A stretch of DNA of 64,000 bases. Origin: Octopus vulgaris. Its lineage: Eukaryota. Positions 27,771 to 39,599 of this stretch are shown here, piece by piece. Each line of letters begins with the position of its first letter. Position 1 is the stretch's first letter. The translations under genes were made by a program, and so were the position numbers. The stretch lies in NCBI GenBank assembly GCA_951406725.2, contig OX597818.1:41106001-41170000 (forward strand), read 5' to 3'. The notes beneath the pieces were generated by a model. That model had not been told where the DNA came from. It saw nothing but the letters and a program-made list of their open reading frames with translations, and did not search any database.

Positions 27771-28347
27771 AACCACCCTCTCCCCCTCCTCACCTATCCT
27801 TTCTCCCCCCGACCCCTACTTCTTCAGTCCTTCATCCTTTCACCCCTACTCCCCTTCCCCTCTTCCCTCTTTCTCCCTCCCTCTTCCCCTTCCCTCTGCT
27901 CCCTCACTCCCTCTCTCCCCTTCTCTCTCCCCCTCTCCCTCTTTCCTCCTTCATCCCCCTCCTCCCCTTCCTTCTCCCCCATCCTCTCCTCTTCCCCCTT
28001 CTCCTCCCCCTCTTCTTCCCCTCCCCTTCTCTCCCCCTCTTCTCCCCCTCCCCCTCTTCTCCTCACTACACCACATGACTTTACACATCACATCACATAT
28101 GATGTGCCATACTAATACACACACCAACTAATACATACTAATACGTACTAATACATACTAGTACATACTAATACTTACACCAACCCTATACATACACACG
28201 TCCAGACCCCGCATACGCACTTATACTCTCTCACACACACACACACACACCTATACATACCAATACGTACTAATACATACTAATACATACTAATACATAC
28301 ACCAACCCCATACATACGCACGTCCAGACCAATCCTACGCACTAATA

Positions 28348-28378
<31 letters not shown>

Positions 28379-28747
28379 CCTTATACATACTAATACATAC
28401 ACCAACCCTATACATACACACATCCAGACCCCTCCCACGCACTTTTAGCTGGTCCCTCAACCCTTTTATCAACCCTATTATCTCCCCTTATTTCGCTCTC
28501 GCGTCTCATGTTTGATCTTTGACCTCTGGCCGAAATCAGATCGCCATGTTGATTCGTTAGCTACTGCACGCATTTTTTTTCTCTCCTCTTTCTGTGTTTT
28601 TCTCTCTCTGTATCTTTCTGTTGAAGAGCGTAGGCTCGAAACGTTAAAGACTTGTTTTATTTATATTTCCTGAGCGCCATACTAATACAATTGTTCGTTT
28701 GTTTTCCACCTGCCTTCGTCTTTTGTTTATTTTCATAAAGCTTCCCG

Positions 28748-28748
<1 letters not shown>
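27771..28748 (+). mobile_element. Penelope-like element 3' region: polypyrimidine tract, internal tandem repeats, pLTR with hammerhead-like motif
   Basis: There is a C/T tract at 27771-28065, three copies of actaatac..acaccaacc..atacatac.cac.tccagacc, and the hammerhead-like motif at 28613-28650. The region ends at (TA)n. Confidence 0.8.
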
Positions 28749-28803
<55 letters not shown>

Positions 28804-29232
28804 GTATGTATGTATATGATGTTTACAGGTAAGCAATTGACATGATTCGATATAAAAGAATAGGAAGAATGTTTAGCATTGTTTCTCTATTTGAGCAAAA
28901 CAGTTTGTCTTGGGAAATCAGTTTTAATGCAACATAGAGAAGAAAATGAAGAAACTATTATTATTGCTGTCATTGTTGTTGTCTTCTTCTTCTTCTTCTT
29001 CTTCTTCTTCTTCTTCTTCTTCTTCTTCTTCTTCTTCTTCTTCTTCTTCTTCTTCTTCTTCTTCTTCTTCTTCTTCTTCTTCTTCTTCTTTTTCTTCTTC
29101 TTCTTTTAACGGTGACTTTTAACGGGTAGAGAGCTTAACCATCCTGGGGTAAAGAGGATTCGCAATCTAGACTAGGGTCTGAGAGTTTACCACACCATAG
29201 TGGGTTACACCATGGTTCCTCTGCTTTGTGGC

Positions 29233-29427
29233 AGAAGTAGGAAGAAAGAGTGAGAGAAAGTTGTGTTTAAAGAGTATAGCGGTGTTCACCACCCCGCCCC
29301 TCCGGAGCCTCGTGGAGCTTAGGTGTTTTTGCTCAATAAACACTCACAATGCCCGGTCTGGGAATCAAAACCAGGTTCTTACGACCGCGACTCTGCTGCC
29401 CTAACCACTGGGCCATTGCACCTCCAC
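29233..29427 (-). mobile_element. SINE family C, 5' portion
   Basis: Matches 11155-11348 (ccggagcctcgtggagctt...ccctaaccactgggccattgc). Confidence 0.85.
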
Positions 29428-29494
29428 TTACCGCTGTTGTTGATGTTGTTGTTGTTGTGGAAGTAAATAGACAAAATGGGCGCAGTACAAACTT

Positions 29495-29708
29495 TTTCTA
29501 CTCTAAGCAGAAGGCTCGAAATTTGGGGGTAGGGGGCCAGTCGATTAGATCGGCCCCCAGTACGCAACTGGTACTTTATTTATCGACCCCGACAGGATGA
29601 AAGGCAAAGTCTACCTCGGCGAAACTTGAACTCAGAACTTACAGACAGACGAAACACCGCTAAGCATTTCGTCCGGCGTGCTAACGTTTCTGCCTGCTCG
29701 CCGCCTTA
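29495..29708 (-). mobile_element. SINE family B monomer (alternative tail)
   Basis: It has the full head ggcggcgagc.ggcagaaacgttagcacgccgg. The flanks atgggcgcagtacaa at about 29476 and 29708 look like a target-site duplication. Confidence 0.85.
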
Positions 29709-30124
29709 TGGGCGCAGTACAATGACTAAAACAAGATACAGTTAAGAGATAAAAGATTCGCAATTACCTGATGCTAGGTTCGATTCCACACCGTGACATC
29801 CAAGAGTAGAAACCATTTGTTCTTGTGTTACGTGCATTTAAACAATATGTGATACTTCTTATTTCAAGAATATAAATGATTTTGTAATATTACAACATAT
29901 TACATGTAATCCATACACGTCTCTTCTAAAGTCGGAAATCAATCTTTATGTCTTCGCTACTCCTAGTTTTCAGTTTCTAAAACGTACAAGAAACGGGGAA
30001 GTTGAAGCATCGAGGCGAGGGAATAAAACCTGAATTTTGAATTACTATTAAACTTTGTTATATGCATTGAGTATCATTGTTTCGTTTCCTCTCTTGTAAA
30101 AACAAACGCATATGTATGTATGCA

Positions 30125-30217
<93 letters not shown>

Positions 30218-30290
30218 ATATAAATAATATGATCGAACGCCACGCATCCTTTTCCAAGTAAGTTATATATATATATATATATATATATAT

Positions 30291-30550
30291 AGCAAAGTGA
30301 AATTGTACAGAAATCCTAATATATGTTTTTTGAAATTTTGTTTAAGATATTTCCTTGTAAACTGTTTTTAACATTTTCTTATTATTACCAAAGAATGTAT
30401 ATAAGTATTGAAATATTTTGTGACAACCAGTACTTAACACAACAAAGCTTTTACAAATCTTTACATTTTACTTTTGACAATCTTTTACTAAAATAGTGAA
30501 ACCGGTCAAGTGAATAAATATCTTTAAAATTGCATTTTCAAACCTTCTGT
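30291..30550 (+). mobile_element. Solo pLTR-like element with a degenerate type I hammerhead
   Basis: tttactt-TTGACAA-...-GAA-ACCGGT-C-aagtgaa at 30467-30514 gives a 7-bp stem I, a palindromic stem III and a GUC triplet. AATAAA follows, with TA repeats on both sides. Confidence 0.55.
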
Positions 30551-30626
30551 CATATATATATAATAGTGTGTCTATGTGTAATTATGTAAGCATAAAAGTA
30601 TATTCGTTCGTTCTTTTATCTTCCAG

Positions 30627-30920
30627 ATTAAACAAGCTGAGCTGTGAACCATCAAGATACTGCTCCAACATATCAGTAAAATTTTAACCAGTACGAGAGG
30701 GCCAAGGCTTGTTTCAGCGCTCATAAAACTTCATCCGTTACCATGTCAACAGCTTAGAACATTTATCACCCCTAACCCATCTCTAAAACTTCAATACACT
30801 TACTCTTGGCGAAAGTCATCTTTTTTGCTACAACCGATCATGTCGCATCCACACGTTCGCGCCTATGTGAAGAGAGTAGCTTCCATCGACCAAGAAGCTT
30901 TCCCAGATTGGAACCTTTCG
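30627..30920 (+). CDS. Candidate host exon containing a start codon (MSHPHVRAYVKRVASIDQEAFPDWNLS), protein not recognised
   Basis: The acceptor ttcttttatcttccag and donor TCG|GTAAGT are both strong. The exon is 294 nt of non-repetitive sequence, with an ATG at 30840 open to the donor in phase 0. Confidence 0.5.
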
Positions 30921-31648
30921 GTAAGTTAACGCACCATTTCCTTTTAAAGAAAATTTGTTGAAAGTAACAGTAATTTCCGTGTAAAATTCTTTTGATTTCT
31001 TTATTCTAATTAACATCATCTGCAGACTACTGTACATCACAGAGTACAAACTCTCAGAAAATGCGGGATATCACTCATAAGATCTGGAAGTACTCACGGC
31101 TCTTGGTGGAAGATATTTGCTGAATGTGTCGCATAGTGGGACACCGTCCATCAACCAGTTTAACATCACTATCTGGCGTTATGGGAACCTTTAGGGGAGT
31201 TTTCTTTGTTGTATAAATTCTGATCAAGCTTCCAGTTTGAAGATGCCTTTTGCCCTCCTGCAAGCTTCGGCAACCTTGAGAAGGCATAGTCTGACTTAAA
31301 CATTTAAAAAATCTAGAACTACAAGATTTTGAAGTGAACGCGTAGGAAATATGTCGTACGATGGATTCGTGATTCGTGGGTCGATTTTTGCTACGGAGAC
31401 GTTCTGTGGCATTTGGAAAGATACTTAAAAATCGAATCTGGTTATATGATATGGCTATTGGTAGTCGATTGATGTTCTATCTTGTGAGATCATTTTTTTT
31501 TTTCATTTACTTCGAACTGGGTTCCAGTTGGGATTCCACCTATATTTAGAAGAGGAGAAGATGTTTGTGGGATGGAAAACAAGATCTCTATTTTTTTACT
31601 AGTTTCAGTTACAAAACTGCAGCCGCGCTGGGGTACCGCTGTGAAGGG

Positions 31649-31751
31649 TTGCAACCTTTTCAATAGTCTTGACTATTGAAAAGGTTGCAAGACGCAGCGA
31701 AAAGTTTGCGATAGTCATGACTATTGAAAAGGTTGCAAGACGCAACGAAAA
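31649..31751. repeat. Perfect 20-bp-arm hairpin overlapping a 48-bp-period direct repeat
   Basis: ttgcaaccttttcaatagtc-tt-gactattgaaaaggttgcaa; the block atagtc.tgactattgaaaaggttgcaagacgca.cgaaaa occurs at 31663 and 31711. Confidence 0.85.
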
Positions 31752-32608
31752 TTTTAGGAAAATAAAAATAAGAAATAAGTGGAAATTTTACCGGTTAGTG
31801 TGTTACATTATGAGGCCCAAAAAGAAAACGACTCTCCCCAGACACGACAGAATATGCTTCAACATACGACTCATTATAAAGAATCTTGCAAACCAAATCC
31901 AAAATCGAAAATTTTCTTTTATATGTTTTTATTCGTATTCAATTCGAAGACAATTTACAATGAATGCTTCAGGAGACGATCACGATTAAAGAATCTATTT
32001 CACAGAAATGCTGATAATTATTTATTAATTATCTATTGTCTAACTATTGAAATGCCATCGCGCATACAGATTGAAACGCTATCATATATATATAGACTGA
32101 AACGCCAGCATACTTCACGCATACTCTGTACATCACTAAGAGAAGCGCTCTTTCGAAACAGATTTGAGGTGAGTGGTTGCAGTAGAACTTAAAACGAAAA
32201 CAGCCGCTGGCAAAAGCGAATGGATGGATCGAATGATTCGTGTTACGGTGGAGGCAAACTTCAGATCCAGGTGCTAGTGCGTCATGAGATAATTACGGTG
32301 AGTGACAAGATATGTCCGGAACATATCTTGTGTGCGCGCACGCATGTATGGGAGAATTGTGTAGTTGTATATACAAATACATACATACATATATATATTT
32401 ATATATATATATAGAGAGAGAGAGAGATAATATATATGTGTATGTATATGTGTGTATGTATGTGTGTATGTTCGTGTATGTATGCATGTGTGTATAGCTG
32501 TCAATGTATGTTGGATGGACGAGTGTATGGCGTGCATATATGTATATATATTTTCTAAGAGTGTGGTTTAGTTTCTTATCTTCCTAAAACACATAAAGTA
32601 GAAGCAGA

Positions 32609-32678
<70 letters not shown>

Positions 32679-33193
32679 ATGTATGTATGTATGTATGTAT
32701 GTATGTATGTATGCATGTAAGTATGTACTTATGTATGGATGTATATGTGTGTATATATGCATACATACACATATATGTATGTATTATGCATCTATGTATG
32801 TATGTGTGTATGTATGTATATATGTATGCATGTATGTGTATAAGTATGTATGTGCGTATGCAAGTGTGTGATTACATATACATGTATAGTTTTATACTAG
32901 TGCGTATATATGAGTGTATATACGTGTTTATGTTTCTACTTGGTGTTGCATCTTTCTTCGTAAGGTAAAAAGGCAAAACAAGGAAAAAGTGGTAGGAAAA
33001 CATATGACTATGAAGGTATAATGTTTGTAGGTGAAGATATGTGGGCGTGAACATATTCCTATTCTAGTGTCGACCGTGGGTGAGGGGGGGGGCGAAGAGA
33101 GCAAAATCAAACGTAAAAACTTAAAACAGTATTTTGTTAGGCACATAGAACAGTGACGCAAGCAGTAGTAGTTGTTGTAGTTGTAGTAGTTGC

Positions 33194-33237
<44 letters not shown>

Positions 33238-33271
33238 CAGCAGCAGCAGCAGCAGCAGTAACACCAACAAC

Positions 33272-33312
<41 letters not shown>

Positions 33313-33424
33313 CATCAGCAGCAGCAATAACAACAGTAGTAGTAGTAGTAGTAGCAGCAGCAACAACAACAGTAGTAGTAGTAGTGGTAGTAGTAGCAGC
33401 AGCAGCAGCAGTAACAACAACAAC

Positions 33425-33481
<57 letters not shown>

Positions 33482-33720
33482 GGTGGTGGTGGTGGTGGTG
33501 GTGGTGGTAGTAGTAGTAGTAGTTGTAGTAGTAGTAGTAGTTCTTTCTGACTAGCATTAACATAAAAAGATACAGGAGAGACAAAAAGAGAGAGTGAGTG
33601 AGACAGACAAACAGACAAACAGACAGACAGACAGACAGGTAGGTAGGTAGGCAGGCAGGCATGCAGACAGACAGACATACAGACAAAGACAGAGACGGAG
33701 ACAGAGAATCAGAGAAAGGC

Positions 33721-33751
<31 letters not shown>

Positions 33752-36284
33752 ACAGGTATCAGAATAAACTTGTCAGCATCAACATTATCTTCAACGTCCA
33801 AACGAGTTAGAGAGTTTGTTCTGACATCACCACCAAACGTTATGCCAACCAACACGAGAATTATCCTTCTCCGAATTTACTGCTAACGCCATTACCACCA
33901 GCACCAACACGGCGATACGCTAACAAAATGGAGGGAAAAAAAAGTCCATCGAGCTTGGCACGAGCATTTAATTATAGTTATTAGCTACATTACATAGAAC
34001 TAAGGAAATTTCCTGGAAACGCCGGAACCTCGTGACACGTTCTAATGACTGGTCTGAGGAGCATTTTATGGAGGAATATAATCTTAGCGAGAGATAGCTG
34101 CCAGTCAGGTACGACTCTGTATGAAATCAACTCTCTCTGTGTCGTCTTGGCTGTTACAGGCACCAGAAAACCCATATACATGCATATATATATATGCATA
34201 TACACATACAGACATAAAGCGGCTTGTACAGAGATGATAGCATAAGAGAAAAGAGAGAGGGGTCGGTTATGAGACTGGCGTATTGCCTATTACTTTATCA
34301 GAATGTTTAAAGAAGTGACGATCATACCAAACTCAAATACATACATATTCATAGAATCAGGTATGAATATTGTGCGAATTGGATACCCAAATACAAAGTG
34401 TTGTGATGATAGACATTAACACTCCTGTGTGATTAAAAGGTGGACTCGTCGAACTCTGATAAAGAGTAGCGTATCTCGTTGAGACACGGGCGAAGAAGGC
34501 GTTGGAGTATTGCGTGATGATTGTCGATAGTTAACGTCTGTGAATACAGTGCTTTACCCTCGCTTCGTTAAAATATATCCGCAATCTAAGGATATAAAAC
34601 AAAGATATATATACGATCTAAAGTTTGATACAACGTACCACAATGCAACTTACAGGAAATGTGTTCCTATCCATAACGAATCGTAAAATCACTAGCAAAA
34701 GCTAGGTTTTATTTTCATACAGATAGAGAAAGTACAATTCAGCCTAGCAAAACTTCAATCTTCTCCAGTGTAGGCTAGAAACGTGAAAGATTTCCATTTT
34801 TCCTGAGCGTCAAACTAATTTACCATGTTTGTTGTTTCCCTCGCCCGTCTCTATCTTCTGTCTTTTTGTTTTTTTTTTGTTCTTTTTATGAATTTGAACC
34901 ACACACACACATACTCACACACACATATTTTATGTGGTAAGGTAACTGACAAACGCTCATGCTCTTAGTTTGAAAAATGGCAAAACAAAGTATTGTTTCG
35001 GCCCAGGAAACCCTGAGTATCTGTATTTAACAAGACCTGTCGTTTTTATAAGATTATATATATATATGTATATGTACGCATATATGTATGCATGCACGTA
35101 TGTATGTATGTATGTATGTATGTATGTATGTATGTATGTATGTATGTATGTATGTATGTATGTATGTATGTATGTATGTATGTATGTATGCATGTATACA
35201 GACTGATGGACAGACAGACAGACATATATATACGTGTATGTATGTATGTATGTATACACACAGACGGACGGACAGAATTAAGGCATGAGTGGAAATATAA
35301 GGTAATTGTAGGTAGAAATTTTAATGTTTTGCTTTCACTTATAAAGTTATTTCCCTTGTGATAAACGCTTATAAAAGCGTTTAATCACACATTTTATATA
35401 CTTTTAGATTCATGTATTTCATATCATTACCAGTTTGAAATATCGTTAGAAACAAATATATTAAATAGATTAATTTACTAATTGGCTATGTCTAACGTTA
35501 GCCGTCAGTGAGTTCAAATAACAAACAGCAGAGAAATTAATAAGAAGAAGAATCCTAATGAATTTGCAAAAGAAAAAAACGGACACAAACATACTCTAAA
35601 TTTTGATGATACGAGAATTTATGGATTTTTGTGATACAAAAGCTGATTTTTTTGTATTGTTAACTAAACTATTGAACAAGGAGTCTGAAATCTTTTTTAT
35701 CATAAACACAAGGGCTGAACTCAGGCCGGGCGGGAGGTTAGTCAGTTCCATCGATCCCTATTGTCGGCTGTTACTAATTTCATTGACCCCGAAAGGATGA
35801 AAGGTAAAGTCATTTTCTGCCAGCTCGCTGCATTAACGAATCTAAAATAATAAAGCGACCGAATAAGAAATTTAGAGCAGGCGATTGCGATGTCAATAAG
35901 CGACGATTAGATACTGCCGAAGTGGAATCTTCAACTACAAGGTTATCTCTTACTCCATCTTCCAGTATATTTTGAAGGACGTGTCAACCATGGAGTATCT
36001 ACGGGTTTACACAACCTACTGAAAGTAGCAACCAAATTCCCCCGTCAAATCACAGTGCAATATGTTAAAAGTGGAAGACGCATTGGATAATGTATATCAT
36101 ATGTATATTATATATCTGAAAGTAAACTGAATTTCTCTTGGCTAGAACATATTTGACCAGCGACATGTTTAATCAAGGCTTACAAAAAAACAATATTTTA
36201 CTAGGAACTTTTTTTATTTAGTCATAACTCTAATGTCTCTCCTTTTGGGCCTTTCTCTTTTTTTACTCTCTTATACTCATTCCG

Positions 36285-36316
<32 letters not shown>

Positions 36317-36359
36317 ACTTCCTTTCTTTTCCTTTCTATCTCCCTTATACAAACATGCG

Positions 36360-36404
<45 letters not shown>

Positions 36405-36428
36405 TCTATGTGTGTGTGTGTGTGTGTC

Positions 36429-36459
<31 letters not shown>

Positions 36460-36943
36460 CTGTGCGTGTGTGTGTGTTTGCGCGCACGCGTGTGTGCCTG
36501 TATGCATACATGTATTTATAGGCACTCGCATCGCAACGCAAATATATCTGCAGACACACTCACAGACACAAAAGTTCTAACCATTACTACCGTATTTATA
36601 AATGCAGATAAAAATAATGCCGATGAATGTATTTTTTCCTTCATCTCCCTTGAGTACTTAGAAGCAACAATGAGTCTTTTCTCCAGAATACAATGCTTTC
36701 AGAACACAGCATTATCGTCTGCTATGTCGGCCATTGTAGTTACGCTGTTTAACATCTCCACTCGACATCTCAAAGTCTTTTGTATAAACGGCAGAAAACT
36801 GAACCATTGGTAACCTTTTCGTTTCTTTATGGAAGTATTGCAAGACGATAATGTTAAGAGGGATTTGCAAGCATTGATAGTGGTCGTTAAAATGATAATA
36901 TCCATAGATAACAAGCAGAGCAATTCTAAATAGCGGAGGTAGT

Positions 36944-37037
<94 letters not shown>

Positions 37038-37299
37038 GGATGGATGGATGGATAGATGGATGGATGGGTGGATGGATTTTTTGATTCATTGATTGATTTG
37101 TTGTATAAAACTTTGTAGGCAAATATGTTTCAGTGCGTGCGCGTGTATGAGCGTGTATGTGTATGTGTGTGTTCGTTTGTGTGTATGTGTGAGTGTGTGT
37201 GTGTGGATTATACATGTAGAAGTGTGTCCGTATACATATTTTTCTTGTATTCTCGTATGCCTGACACACTTTATATTTTCGCAGAAGCAATTACAAAAC

Positions 37300-37344
37300 A
37301 TACTGTCTATGTTCATATACACATACATATACATACGTACAAAC

Positions 37345-37394
<50 letters not shown>

Positions 37395-37439
37395 GTTTGT
37401 ACGTATGTATATGTATGTGTATATGAACATAGACAGTAT
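37300..37439. repeat. Perfect 140-bp palindrome centred on (TA)n
   Basis: atactgtctatgttcatatacacatacatatacatacgtacaaacgtgtg(TA)n cacacgtttgtacgtatgtatatgtatgtgtatatgaacatagacagtat. Confidence 0.92.
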
Positions 37440-37446
37440 ATATATA

Positions 37447-38908
37447 TATCCTGTCTTTTCTCGCCCGCCTTCTAAGGCCACTGGTCGACATTCTTTCTCT
37501 CTCGTCGTCCACTATAATCCAGCGTTTGCATTACTTTTTTTCGTCTGGCGTAAACAGCCCTTCTTATCTTGTTCTCCTTGTCCTGTCTCTCACTGTTATA
37601 TATTTATTTTTCAAATGTTTATATATAATTTTTTTTTTTTTTTTTTTTACTGTTTATATGTTTGTACTGTCGTTACCGTCTTGCTTTTTTTACCATTTTT
37701 TACCCCTCTGCGAAAAGATCTCAGAATTTTAATTGATTTGCTTTTCACAGGAAGGAAGTTTCTTCGAAGTATACGTCTCGCTTTTATCCTTCGAAACGTA
37801 GAGTAGATGAAACCTTAGCGACTGAAGAAGGGGATTTTTCGTTGTGCTTATTGTCCTGTATCTCTTTTTTTCTTTTTTGCTTGTCCTGTTCCTTGGTTTG
37901 TGTCTATGTTTTTCGTCTCTCTATGTGTTCGACGTCTTTTTGGTGTCCTGTACACATATATGCGTGTATATGTACATGTAGAGGTAGGTACGTACATATA
38001 TGTTTATATATATGCATATGTTCTATTTTATTAACATATGATACGACTAAACGCACGCACCCTATTAAGTAAGATTGTTCTGTTTATCAAGTTAGCCTTG
38101 ATATTAACTCTCACGCGACTCTGCATCTTTCTTTCTTTCTCTCCCATTCCCTTTTTCGTCCTTTTTCCCTCACTTAACTTGTCTCTTCCTCTCTCTCTCA
38201 TTCTTCATTCTCTCTCTCCCCCTCACCATTCTTCATGGTCTCCTCGCACCATTCCCCTTCTTCTCTCTCTTCCTCTTGCTCCTCCTCCCCCATTCCCGTC
38301 GTCCATCTGCGACGATACTTCCGTCGTAACTGCTATCCTGTCTTTTCTCGCCCGCCTTCTAAGGCCACTGGTCGACATTCTTTCTCTCTCGTCGTCCACT
38401 ATAATCCAGCGTTTGCATTACTTTTTTCGTCTGGCGTAAACAGCCCTTCTTATCTTGTTCTCCTTGTCCTGTCTCTCACTGTTATATATTTATTTTTCAA
38501 ATGTTTATATATAATTTTTTTTTTTTTTTTACTGTTTATATGTTTGTACTGTCGTTACCGTCTTGCTTTTTTTACCATTTTTTACCCCTCTGCGAAAAGA
38601 TCTCAGAATTTTAATTGATTTGCTTTTCACAGGAAGGAAGTTTCTTCGAAGTATACGTCTCGCTTTTATCCTTCGAAACGTAGAGTAGATGAAACCTTAG
38701 CGACTGAAGAAGGGGATTTTTCGTTGTGCTTATTGTCCTGTATCTCTTTTTTCTTTTTTGCTTGTCCTGTTCCTTGGTTTGTGTCTATGTTTTTCGTCTC
38801 TCTATGTGTTCGACGTCTTTTTGGTGTCCTGTACACATATATATGTATATGTACATGTAGAGGTAGGTACGTACATATATGTATATATATGCATATGTTC
38901 TATTTTAT

Positions 38909-38910
<2 letters not shown>
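37447..38910 (+). mobile_element. Non-coding element with ~580-bp near-identical direct terminal repeats (Penelope-like partial tandem / pLTR architecture)
   Basis: 37447-38033 is nearly identical to 38334-38910, with a ~300-bp pyrimidine-rich spacer. There are no TG..CA ends, and both ends lie in (TA)n. Confidence 0.7.
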
Positions 38911-38983
<73 letters not shown>

Positions 38984-39568
38984 TTTCTATTCTAGTCTCA
39001 AAGCCTGAAATTTTGGGGAGGGACCAGTCGATTAGATCGACCCCAGTATGCAACTGGTACTTAAGTTATCGACTTCGAAAGGACGAAAAAAATGTCAACC
39101 TCGGCGTAATCTCAACTCAGGACGTAAAGACAAGTGAAACCAAGATAGTAATTCTGATAGAATTCTTCGCGTGTAAAAATAATAATTTAAAAAGATTTCT
39201 TCGAGAGAACTTAGCGAAAATTATTATATATTTATTAATAGATCGGCCAATCTTAGCTAGAATACTCAGATTCTATTAGGAATCTGTAATGCAACCGTTT
39301 CTTTATTCCTAGTACTTTATTTATGATTAAGATAACTGTCTCTTTACGGGTGAAAATGAGTTAAAGGATATAGATAAGGAAGGCAGAGATGTGTGAAAGG
39401 CGAAATATGTAATAAATAATGTTAGTAGGTTTATAAGGAAGAAAAGGCAGCGGGGATGATGAAGGAGAGTGGGGGAACGAAGGGAAAACACAATGAAGGA
39501 AATGCGACTTGAGTTGGGGTGGTTTTATGAGGAGATCGAGAAGAATAAGAAAGATGAATGAGTGACGA

Positions 39569-39599
<31 letters not shown>

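Noticed and set aside
29105-29232. Retroelement 3' end with (GAA)n tail on the minus strand
   Set aside because: It is a single copy with no coding remnant, so it cannot be assigned.
31050-31300. Protein-like frames downstream of the candidate exon
   Set aside because: They are short or interrupted by stops, with no consistent splice signals or known motif.
34403-34459. C/D box snoRNA (GTGATGA...CTGA)
   Set aside because: No terminal stem and no recognisable rRNA-complementary guide; expected by chance.
37447-38910. LTR retrotransposon/TRIM
   Set aside because: No TG...CA termini, PBS, polypurine tract or 4-6-bp TSD seen; the ends lie in (TA)n.
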